A DNA stretch of 64,000 nt from Eledone cirrhosa (lineage: Eukaryota). The position numbers were made by a program, and so were the translations under genes. The stretch covers positions 140,616,001 through 140,680,000 of the forward strand of contig OZ024743.1 in the NCBI GenBank assembly GCA_964016885.1, read 5' to 3'. Shown piece after piece: positions 15,831 through 28,900 of the stretch. The notes below the pieces were generated by a model that was given only the letters and a program-made list of their open reading frames with translations, was not told the DNA's origin and made no database searches. Positions within the stretch are counted from its first letter, which is position 1; each line of letters starts with the position of its first letter.

Positions 15831-18228
15831 CCAAGCACCAAGCACCAAACACCAAACACCAAACACCAAGCACCTAGCACCAAACACCAAGCACCAAGCA
15901 CCAAGCAACAAACACCCAGCACCAAGCACCAAACACCAAGCACCAAGCACAAAACACCAAGCACCAAGCACCGAGCACCAAACACCAAGTACCAAGCACC
16001 AATCACCAAACACCAAGCACCAAGCACCAAACACCAAACACCAAACACCTAGCACCAAGCACCAAACACCAAACACCAAGAACCAAGCACCAAACACCAA
16101 ATACCAAGCACCAAGCACTAAACACCAAACACCAAGCAGCAAGCACCAAGCATCAAGCACCAAGCACCAAACACCAAGCACCAAGCACCAAGCACCAAGC
16201 ACCAAACACAAAACACCAAGTACCAAGCACCAAGCACCAAACACCAAACACCAAACACCAAGCACCAAGCACCAAACACCAAATACCAAGCTCCAAGCAC
16301 CAAACACCAAATACCAAGCACCAAGCAACAAACACCAATCACCAAGCACCAAGCACCAAACCCCAAGCACCAAACACCAAGCACCAATCACCAAACACCA
16401 AACACCAAGAACCAAGCACCAAACACCAAGCACCAAGCACCAAGCACAAAACGCCAAGCACCAAGCGCTAAACATAAAACACTAAGCACCAAGCACCAAG
16501 CACCAAGCACCAAACACCAAACATCAAACACCAATCACCAAACATCAAACAGCAAACACCAAACACCAAACACCAAACATCAAACACCAAACAGCAAACA
16601 ACAAACAACAAATGCCAAACCTCAAACGCCAAACACCAAACACCAAATAGCAAACACCAAACCGCAAACACCAAACACCAAACAGGAAACACCAAACACC
16701 AAACAGCGAACACCAAACAGCAAACACCAAACACCAAGCACCAAGCACCAAGCACAAAACACCAAGCACCAAGCGCCAAACACCAAACACCAAGCACCAA
16801 GCACCAAACACCAAGCACCAAACACCAAACACCAATCACCAAGCGCCAAACACCAAATACCAAGCACCAAGCACTAAACACCAAACACCAAGCACCAAGC
16901 ACCAAGCATCAAGCACCAAGCACCAAACACCAAGCACCAAGCACCAAGCACCAAGCACCAAACACAAAACACCAAGTACCAAGCACCAAGCACCAAACAC
17001 CAAACACCAAGCACCAAGCACCAAGCACCAAGCACCAAACACCAAGCACCAAGCACCAAGCACCAAAAACCAAGCACCAAACACCAAGCATCAGACACGA
17101 AGCACCAAGCACCAACCACCAAACACCAAGCACCAAGCACCACACATCAAACACCAAGCACCAAGCACCAAACACCAAACACCAAACACCAAACAGCAAA
17201 CACCAAACAGCAAACACCAAACACCAAACACCAAGCACCAAGCACCAAGCACCAAACAACAACACCAAGCACCAAGCACCAAACACCAAGCACCAAGCAC
17301 CAAATACCAAACACCAAGCTCCAAGCACCAAACACCAATCACCAAGCACCAAACACCAATCACCAAGCACCAAGCACGAAACCCCAAGCACCAAACACCA
17401 AGCACCAATCACCAAACACCAAACACCAAGAACCAAGCACCAAACACAAAACACCAAGCACCAAGCACCAAACACCAAGCACCAAGCACCAAGCACCAAA
17501 CACCAAGCACCAAGTACCAAACACCAAACACCAAGCACCAAGCACGAAACACGAAACACCAAGCACCAAGCACCAAACACTAAACACCAGGCTCCAAGCA
17601 CAAAACACCAAGCACCAAGCACCAAGCACCAAACACCAAACACCAAACACCAAGCACCGAGCACCAAACACCAAGCACCAAGCACCAAGCACCAAACACC
17701 AAACACCAAGCACCAAGCACCAAACACCAAACACCAAGCCCAAAGCACCAAAGAGCAAAAACAAAACACCAAGCACCAAACACCAAACACCAAGCACCAA
17801 ACACCAAACAGCCAACACCAAACAGCAAACACCAAACACCAAATAGCAAAAACCAAAGAGCAAACTCCAAACACCAAACAGCAAACACAAAACACCAAAC
17901 AGCAAACACCAAACAGCAAACTCCAAATACCAAACACCAAGCACCAAGCACCAAATACCAAGCACCAAACACCAAGCACCAATCACCAAACACCAAACAC
18001 CAAGCACCAAGCACCAAACACCAAAAACCAAGCACCAAGCACCAAGCACCAAACACCATACGCCAAACACCAAACACCAAGCACCAAGCACCAAACACCA
18101 AGCACCAAGCGCCAAAGACCAAACACCAAGCACCAAGCACGAAACACCAAGCACCAAGCACCGAGCACCAAACACCATGTACCAAGCACCAATCACCAAA
18201 CACCAAGCACCAAGCACCAAACACCAAA

Positions 18229-21200
18229 CACCAAACACCAAGCACCAAGCACCAAACACCAAACACCAAGAACCAAGCACCAAACACCAAATACCAAGCA
18301 CCAAGCACTAAACACCAAACACCAAGCATCATGCACCAAGCATCAAGCACCAAGCACCAAACACCAAGCACCAAGCACCAAGCACCAAGCACCAAACACA
18401 AAACACCAAGTACCAAGCACCAAGCACCAAACACCAAACACCAAACACCAAGCACCAAGCACCAAACACCAAACACCAAGCACCAAGCACCAGACACCAA
18501 GCACCAAGCACCAAGGACCAAACACCAAACACCAAACACCAAACACCAGGCACAAAGCACCAAACACCAAGCACCAAGCACCAAAAACCAAAGACCAAGC
18601 ACAAAGCACCAAAGAGCAAACACCAAACAGCAAACACCAAACACCAAACACCAAACAGCAAACACCAAACAGCAAACACCAAACACCAAATAGCAAACAC
18701 CAAAGGGCAAACTCCAAACACCAAACAGCAAACATAAAACACCAAACAGCAAACAACAAACAGCAAACACCAAAGAGCAAACAGCAAACAGCAAACACCA
18801 AACACCAAGCACCAAGCACCAAGCACCAAACACCAACACCAAGCACCAAGCACCAAACACCAAGCACCAAGCACCAAACACCAAACACCAAGCTCCAAGC
18901 ACCAAACACCAAACACCAAGCACCAAGCACCAAACACCAATCACCAAGCACCAAGCACCAAACCCCAAGCACCAAACACCAAGCACAAAACACCAAGCAC
19001 CAAGCACCAAACACCAAACATCAAACACCAATCACCAAACATCAAACAGCAAACACCAAACACCAAACACCAAACATCAAACACCAAACAGCAAACAACA
19101 AACAACAAACGCCAAACATCAAACGCCAAACACCAAACACCAAATAGCAAACACCAAACCGCAAACACCAAACACCAAACAGCAAACACCAAACACCAAA
19201 CAGCGAACACCAAACAGCAAACACCAAACAGCAAACAGCAAGCAACAAACACCAAACACCAAACACCAAGCACCAAACTCCAAACACCAAGCACCAAGCA
19301 CCAAGCACAAAACACCAAGCACCAAGCGCTAAACATAAAACACTAAGCACCAAGCACCAAGCACCAAGCACCAAACACCAAACATCAAACACCAATCACC
19401 AAACATCAAACAGCAAACACCAAACACCAAACACCAAACATCAAACACCAAATAGCAAACAACAAACAACAAACGTCAAACATCAAACGCCAAACACCAA
19501 ACACCAAATAGCAAACACCAAACCGCAAACACCAAACACCAAACAGCAAACACCAAACACCAAACAGCGAACACCAAACAGCAAACACCAAACAGCAAAC
19601 ACCAAACACCAAACACCAAACACCAAGCACCAAGCACCAAGCACAAAACACCAAGCACCAAACACCAAACAGCAAACACCAATCACCAAACACCAAACAC
19701 CAAACACCAAACACGAATCACCAAACACCAAACACCAAACACCAAACACCAAACACCAAACACCAAACAGTAAACACCAAACACCAAACAGCAAACACCA
19801 AACACCAAACACCAAACAGCAAACACCAAACACAAAACACCAAACAACAAACACCAAACAGCAAACACCAAACAAACAGCAAACAGCAAACACCAAGCAT
19901 CAACCAACAAACACCAAACAACAAACGCCAAACAGCAAACGCCAACCACCAGATGCCAAACAGCAAACGCCAAACACCAAACGCCAAACAGCAAACACCA
20001 AACACCAAACAGCAAACACCAAACACCAAACACCAAATAGCAAACACCAAACAGCAAACACCAAACAGCAAACACCAAACAGCAAACACCAAACAGCAAA
20101 CAGCAAACACCAAGCACCAAGCACCAAACACCAAGCACCAAGCAACAAGCACCAATCACCAAGCACCAAGCACTAAACGCCAAGCACCAAGCACCAAACA
20201 CCAAGCACCAAGCACCAAGCACCAAACACCAAGCACCAAAGACCAAGCACCAAATACCAAGCACCAAGCACCAAACACCAATCACCAAGCACCAAGCACC
20301 AAACACCAAGAACCAAGCACCAATCACTAAACACCAAACACCAAGCACCAAGCACTAAACACCAAACACCAAGCACCAAGTAGTAAACTCCAAACACCAA
20401 ACACCAAGCACCAAGCACCAAATCCCAAGCACCAAACACCAAGCACCACACATCAAACACCAAGCACCAAGCACCAATCGCGAAGCACCAAGCACCAAGC
20501 AACAAACACAAAGCACCAAGCACCAAGCACCAAGCACGCAACACCAAACACCAATCACCAAGCACCAAAGAGCAAACACGAAGCCCCAAGCACCAAACAC
20601 CCAACACCAAACACCAAACATCAAACACCAATCACTAATCACCAAACAGCAAACATCAAACACCAAACACCAAACACCAAGCACCAAACACCAAACACCA
20701 AACACCAAGCACCAAGCACCAAACACCAAACACCAAGCACCAAGCACTAAACACCAAACACCAAGCACCAAGCACCAAGCACCAAACACCAAGCACCAAG
20801 CACCAAGCACCAAACACCAAGCCCCAAGCACCAAACACCAAACACCAAGCACCAAACACCAAGCACCAAACAGCAAGCACCAAGCACCAAGCACCAGACA
20901 CCAAGCACCGAGCACCAAACACCAAACACCAAGCACCAAGCACTAAACACCAAACACCAAGCACCAAGCACCAAACACCAAACACCAAGAACCAAGCACC
21001 AAACACCAAATACCAAGCACCAAGCACTAAACACCAAACACCAAGCATCATGCACCAAGCATCAAGCACCAAGCACCAAACACCAAGCACCAAGCACCAA
21101 GCACCAAGCACCAAACACAAAACACCAAGTACCAAGCACCAAGCACCAAACACCAAACACCAAACACCAAGCACCAAGCACCAAACACCAAACACCAAGC

Positions 21201-23680
21201 ACCAAGCACCAGACACCAAGCACCAAGCACCAAGGACCAAACACCAAACACCAAACACCAAACACCAGGCACAAAGCACCAAACACCAAGCACCAAGCAC
21301 CAAAAACCAAAGACCAAGCACAAAGCACCAAAGAGCAAACACCAAACAGCAAACACCAAACACCAAACACCAAACAGCAAACACCAAACAGCAAACACCA
21401 AACACCAAATAGCAAACACCAAAGGGCAAACTCCAAACACCAAACAGCAAACATAAAACACCAAACAGCAAACAACAAACAGCAAACACCAAAGAGCAAA
21501 CAGCAAACAGCAAACACCAAACACCAAGCACCAAGCACCAAGCACCAAACACCAACACCAAGCACCAAGCACCAAACACCAAGCACCAAGCACCAAACAC
21601 CAAACACCAAGCTCCAAGCACCAAACACCAAACACCAAGCACCAAGCACCAAACACCAATCACCAAGCACCAAGCACCAAACCCCAAGCACCAAACACCA
21701 AGCACAAAACACCAAGCACCAAGCACCAAACACCAAACATCAAACACCAATCACCAAACATCAAACAGCAAACACCAAACACCAAACACCAAACATCAAA
21801 CACCAAACAGCAAACAACAAACAACAAACGCCAAACATCAAACGCCAAACACCAAACACCAAATAGCAAACACCAAACCGCAAACACCAAACACCAAACA
21901 GCAAACACCAAACACCAAACAGCGAACACCAAACAGCAAACACCAAACAGCAAACAGCAAGCAACAAACACCAAACACCAAACACCAAGCACCAAACTCC
22001 AAACACCAAGCACCAAGCACCAAGCACAAAACACCAAGCACCAAGCGCTAAACATAAAACACTAAGCACCAAGCACCAAGCACCAAGCACCAAACACCAA
22101 ACATCAAACACCAATCACCAAACATCAAACAGCAAACACCAAACACCAAACACCAAACATCAAACACCAAATAGCAAACAACAAACAACAAACGTCAAAC
22201 ATCAAACGCCAAACACCAAACACCAAATAGCAAACACCAAACCGCAAACACCAAACACCAAACAGCAAACACCAAACACCAAACAGCGAACACCAAACAG
22301 CAAACACCAAACAGCAAACACCAAACACCAAACACCAAACACCAAGCACCAAGCACCAAGCACAAAACACCAAGCACCAAACACCAAACAGCAAACACCA
22401 ATCACCAAACACCAAACACCAAACACCAAACACGAATCACCAAACACCAAACACCAAACACCAAACACCAAACACCAAACAGTAAACACCAAACACCAAA
22501 CAGCAAACACCAAACACCAAACACCAAACAGCAAACACCAAACACAAAACACCAAACAACAAACACCAAACAGCAAACACCAAACAAACAGCAAACAGCA
22601 AACACCAAGCATCAACCAACAAACACCAAACAACAAACGCCAAACAGCAAACGCCAACCACCAGATGCCAAACAGCAAACGCCAAACACCAAACGCCAAA
22701 CAGCAAACACCAAACACCAAACAGCAAACACCAAACACCAAACACCAAATAGCAAACACCAAACAGCAAACACCAAACAGCAAACACCAAACAGCAAACA
22801 CCAAACAGCAAACAGCAAACACCAAGCACCAAGCACCAAACACCAAGCACCAAGCAACAAGCACCAATCACCAAGCACCAAGCACTAAACGCCAAGCACC
22901 AAGCACCAAACACCAAGCACCAAGCACCAAGCACCAAACACCAAGCACCAAAGACCAAGCACCAAATACCAAGCACCAAGCACCAAACACCAATCACCAA
23001 GCACCAAGCACCAAACACCAAGAACCAAGCACCAATCACTAAACACCAAACACCAAGCACCAAGCACTAAACACCAAACACCAAGCACCAAGTAGTAAAC
23101 TCCAAACACCAAACACCAAGCACCAAGCACCAAATCCCAAGCACCAAACACCAAGCACCACACATCAAACACCAAGCACCAAGCACCAATCGCGAAGCAC
23201 CAAGCACCAAGCAACAAACACAAAGCACCAAGCACCAAGCACCAAGCACGCAACACCAAACACCAATCACCAAGCACCAAAGAGCAAACACGAAGCCCCA
23301 AGCACCAAACACCCAACACCAAACACCAAACATCAAACACCAATCACGAATCACCAAACAGCAAACATCAAACACCAAACACCAAACACCAAGCACCAAA
23401 CACCAAACACCAAGCACCAAACACCAAACACCAAACACCAAGCACCAAGCACCAAACACCAAACACCAAGCACCAAGCACTAAACACCAAACACCAAGCA
23501 CCAAGCACCAAGCACCAAACACCAAGCACCAAGCACCAAGCACCAAACACCAAGCCCCAAGCACCAAACACCAAACACCAAGCACCAAACACCAAGCACC
23601 AAACAGCAAGCACCAAGCACCAAGCACCAGACACCAAGCACCGAGCACCAAACACCAAACACCAAGCACCAAGCACTAAA
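18229..23680 (+). repeat. Tandem HOR, 2 x ~2.72 kb (about 2,719 and 2,733 bp)
   Basis: CATCATG 18327/21046, CGCTAAA 19327/22046 (+2719), CAGTAAA 19768/22480 (+2712), CACTAAA 20941/23674 (+2733). The variants CGTCAAA, TAGTAAA, CGCGAAG and CACGCAA were seen only in these two copies. Confidence 0.94.
19015..19680 (+). repeat. 364-bp (52-monomer) sub-duplication of the CATCAAA/CAACAAA/CCGCAAA module, carried in most downstream HOR copies
   Basis: ORF-track offsets 19042/19406, 21761/22125, 49244/49608, 54543/54907 and 61068/61432 are all 364. The offsets 34260/34617, 38265/38622 and 42263/42620 are 357, one monomer shorter. Confidence 0.88.
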
Positions 23681-24059
23681 CACCAAACACCAAGCACCAA
23701 GCACCAAGCACCAAGCACCAAACACCAAGCACCAAGCACCAAGCACCAAGCACCAAGCACCAAACACCAAGCACCAAGCACCAAGCACCAAACACCAAGC
23801 ACCAAACACCAAACACCAAGCACCAAGCACCAAACACCAAATACCAAGCACCAAACACCAAGCACCAAACCCCAAGCACCAAACACCAAGCACCAAGCAC
23901 CAAACATCAAGCACCAAGCACCAAGCACCATGCACCAAACACCAAGCACCAAGCACCAAACAGCAAACACCAAACAGCAAACACCAAACACCAAACACCA
24001 AACAGCAAACACCAAACAGCAAACACCAAACAGCAAACACCAAACACCAAACACCAAAT

Positions 24060-24340
24060 AGCAAACGCCAAGAAGCAAACGCCAAACCCCAAACGCCAAA
24101 CAGCAAATGCCAAACCCCAAACGCCAGACAGCAAGCGCCAAACGCCAAAAACCAAGCGCCAAGCACCAAACACCAAACACCAAGCACCAAGCACCAAGCA
24201 CCAAACACCAAACACCAAGCACCAAGTACCAAACACCAAACACTAAGCACCAAACACCAAACAGCAAACGCCAAAAAGCAAACGCCAAAGCCCATACGCC
24301 AAACAGCAAATGCCAAACCCCAAACGCCAAACAGCAAGCA
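24060..24340 (+). repeat. First occurrence of the CGCCAAA/CCCCAAA/TGCCAAA/AAGCAAA-rich sub-satellite block
   Basis: Motif AAGCAAA CGCCAAA CCCCAAA CGCCAAA CAGCAAA TGCCAAA CCCCAAA. It recurs near 25.6, 26.85, 32.07, 44.7, 45.37, 47.43, 51.48, 52.15, 56.93, 57.54, 58.2, 59.76 and 63.45 kb. Confidence 0.9.
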
Positions 24341-25919
24341 CCAAACACCAAACATCAAGCGCCAAGCACCAAACACCAAACACCAAGCACCAAGCACCAA
24401 ACACCAAACACCAAGCACCAATCACCAAACACCAAGCACCAAGCGCCAAGCACCAAACACCAAACACCTAGCACCAAGCACCAAGCACCAAACACCAAGC
24501 ACCAAACACCAATCACCAAGCTCCAAGCACCAAACACCAAACACCAAGCACCAAACACCAAACACCAAGCACCAAGCACCCAGAACCAAGCACCCAGCAC
24601 CAAACACCAAGCACCAAGCACCGAGCACCAAACACCTAGTACCAAGCACCAATCACCAAACACCAAGCACCAAGCACCAAACACCAAACACCAATCACCA
24701 AGCACCAAGCACCAAACACCAAGAACCAAGCACCAAGCACTAAACACCAAACACCAAGCACCAAGCACCAAACACCAAACACCAAGCACCAAGTACCAAA
24801 CTCCAAACACCAAACACCAAGCACCAAGCACCAAATCCCAAGCACCAAACACCAAGCACCAATCACCAAACACCAAACACCAAGCACCAAGCACCAAACA
24901 CCAAAAACCAAGCACCAAGCACCAAGCACCAAACACCAAACGCCAAACACCGAACACCAAGTACCAAGCACCAAACACCAAGCACCAATCGCCAAAGACC
25001 AAACACCAAGCACCAAGCACGAAACACCAAGCACCAAGCACCGAGCACCAAACACCAAGTACCAAGCACCAATCACCAAACACCAAGCACCAAGCACCAA
25101 ACATCAAACACCAAGCACCAAGCACCAAACACCAAACACCAAGCACCAAGCACCACACACCAAATACCAAGCACCAAGCACTAAACACCAAACACCAAGC
25201 ACCAAGCACCAAGCATCAAGCACCAAGCACCAAACACCAAACACCAAACACCAAGCACCAAAAACCAAGCACCAAGCTCCAAGCACCAAACACCAAGCAC
25301 CAAACACCAAACACCAAGCACCAATCACCAAGCACCAAACACCAAGCACCAAGCACCAAGCACCAAGCACCAAACACCAAGCACCAAGCACCAAACAGCA
25401 AACACCAAGCACCAAACACCAAACACCAAGCACCAAGCAACAAACAACAAACACCAAGCACCAAACACCAAGCACCAAGCCCCAAGCACCAAACACCAAG
25501 CACCGAGCACCAAACACCAAGCACCAAGCACCAAGCACCATGAACCAAACACCAAGCACCAAGCACCAAACAGCAAACGCCAAACAGCAAACACCAAACA
25601 GCAAACACCAAACAGCAAACACCAAACACCAAACACCAAACAGCAAACGCCAAAAAGCAAACGCCAAACCCCAAACGCCAAACAGCAAATGCCAAACCCC
25701 AAACGCCAAACAGCAAACGCCAAGCACCAAACACCAAACACCAAGCGCCAAGCACCAAACACCAAACACCAAGCACCAAGCACCAAACACCAAACACCAA
25801 GCACCAATTACCAAACACCAAACACCAAGCGCGAAACACCAAACACCAAACACCTAGCACCAAGCACCAAGCACCAAACACCAAGCACCAAACACCAAGC
25901 ACCAAGCACCAAGCACCAA

Positions 25920-28900
25920 GCACCAAGCACCAAACACCAATCACCAAGCCCCAAGCACCAAACACCAAGCACCCAGCACCAAACACCAAACACCAAGCAC
26001 CAAGCACCCAGAACAAAGCACCAAGCACCAAACACCAAACACCAAGCTCCAAGCACCAAACACCAAACACCAAGCACCAAGCACCAAGCACCAAACACCA
26101 AACACCAAGCTCCAAGCACCAAACACCAAACACCAAGCACCAAGCACCAAACACCAAACACCAAGCACCAATCACCAAACACCAAACACCAAGAACCAAG
26201 CACCAAGCACCAAACCCCAAGCACCAAACACCAAGCACCAATCACCAAACACCGAACACCAAGAACCAAGCACCAAGCACCAAACACCAAGCACCAAGCA
26301 CCAAGCACCAAGCACCAAGCACCAAACACCAAGCACCAAGTACCACACACCGAACACCAAGCACCAAGCACCAAACACCAAACACCAAACACCAGGCACC
26401 AAGCACCAATCACCAAGCACCAAGCAAAAACACAAAGCACCAAGCACCAAGCACCAAACACCAAACACCAAACACCAGGCACCAAGCACCAAGCACCAAG
26501 CAGCAAGCACCAAGCACCAAACACCAAACACCAAGCCCAAATCACCAAAGAGCAAAAACAAAACACCAAGCACCAAACACCAAACACCAAGCACCAAACA
26601 CCAAACACCAAACACCAAATAGCAAAAACCAAAGAGCAAACTCCAAGCACCAAACAGCAAACACAAAACACCAAACAGCAAACACCAAACAGCAAACTCC
26701 AAACACCAAACACCAAGCACCAAGCACCAAATCCCAAGCACCAAACACCAAGCACCAATCACCAAACACCAAGCACCAAGCACCAAACACCAAACACCAA
26801 GCACCAAGTACCAAACACCAAACACCAAGCACCAAACACTAAACAGCAAACGCAAAAAAGCAAATGCCAAACCCCAAACGCCAAACAGCAAACGCCCAGC
26901 ACCAAACACCAAACACCAAGCGCCAAGCACCAAACACCAAACACCAAGCACCAAGCACCAAACACCAAACACCAAGCACAAATCACCAAACACCAAACAC
27001 CAAGCGCCAAACACCAAACACCAAACACCTAGCACCAAGCACCAAGCACCAAACACCAAGCACCAAACACCAAGCACCAAGCACCAAGCACCAAGCACCA
27101 AGCACCAAACACCAATCACCAAGCCCCAAGCATCAAACACCAAGCACCCAGCACCAAACACCAAACACCAAGCACCAAGCACCCAGAACAAAGCACCAAG
27201 CACCAAACACCAAACACCAAGCTCCAAGCACCAAACACCAAACACCAAGCACCAAGCACCAAGCACCAAACACCAAACACCAAGCACCAAGCACCAAACA
27301 CCAAACACCAAGCACCAATCACCAAACACCAAGCCCCAAGCGCCAAACACCAAACACCAAACACCTAGCACCAAGCACCAAGCACCGAACACCAAGCACC
27401 AAACACCAAGCACCAATCACCAAGCACCAAGCACCAAGCACCAAACACCAATCACCAAGCCCCAAGCACCAAACACCAAGCACCAAGCACCAAACACCAA
27501 ACACCAAGCACCAAGCACCCAGAACCAAGCACCAAGCACCAAACACCAAACTACCAAGCACCAAGCACCAAACACCAAACACCAAGCACCAAGCACCAAG
27601 CACCAAGCACCAAACACCATACACCAAGCACCAAGCACCAAACACCAAAAACCAATCACCAAGCACCAAAGAGCAAACACCAAGCCCCAAGCACCAAACA
27701 CCAAACACCAAACACCAAATAGCAAACACTAAACACCAAACACCAAACAGCAAACACAAAACACCAAATAGCAAACACCAAACACCAGACACCAAACACC
27801 AAACAGCAAACACCAAACACCAAACACCAAACACCAAACAGCAAACACCAAACAGCAAACACCAAACAGCAAACAGCAAACACCAAACACCAAACACCAA
27901 GCACCAAGCACCAAGCACCGAACAACAACACCAAGCACCAAGCACCAAACACCAAGCACCAAGCACCAAACACCTAACACCAAGCTCCAAGCACCAAACA
28001 CCATACACCAAGCACCAAGCTCCAAACACCAATCACCAAGCACCAAGCACCAAACCCCAAGCACCAAACACCAAGCACAAATCACCAAACACCAAACACC
28101 CAGCACCAAGCACCAAACACCAAGCACCAAGCACCAAGCACCAAACACCAAGCACCAAGTACCAAACACCAAACACCAAGCACCAAGTACCAAACACCAA
28201 ACACCAAGCACCAAGCACCAAACACCAAACACCAAGCACCAAGCACCAAACACCAAACACCAGGCTCCAAGCACAAAACACCAAGCACCAAGCACCAAGC
28301 AACAAACACCAAACACCAAGCACCAAACACCAAGCACCAAGCCCCAAGCACCAAACACCAAGCACCAAGCACCAAACACCAAGCACCAAGCACCAAGCAC
28401 CATGCACCAAACACCAAGCACCAAGCACCAAACAGCAAACACCAAACAGCAAACACCAAACAGCAAACACCAAACAGCAAACACCAAACACCAAGCACCA
28501 AGCACCAAACACCATACGCCAAACACCAAACACCAAGCACCAAGCACCAAACACCAAGCACCAAGCACCAAAGACCAAACACCAAGCACCAAGCACGAAA
28601 CACCAAGCACCAAGCACCGAGCACCAAACACCAAACACCAAACACCAAACACCAAGCACCAAACACCAAACACCAAGAACCAAGCACCAAACACCAAATA
28701 CCAAGCACCAAGCACTAAACACCAAACACCAAGCACCAAACACCAAGCACCAAGCACCAAGCACCAAGCACCAAACACAAAACACCAAGTACCAAGCACC
28801 AAGCACCAAACACCAAACACCAAACACCAGGCAAAAAGCACCAAACACCAAGCACCAAGCACCAAACACCAAAGACCAAGCACAAAGCACCAAAGAGCAA

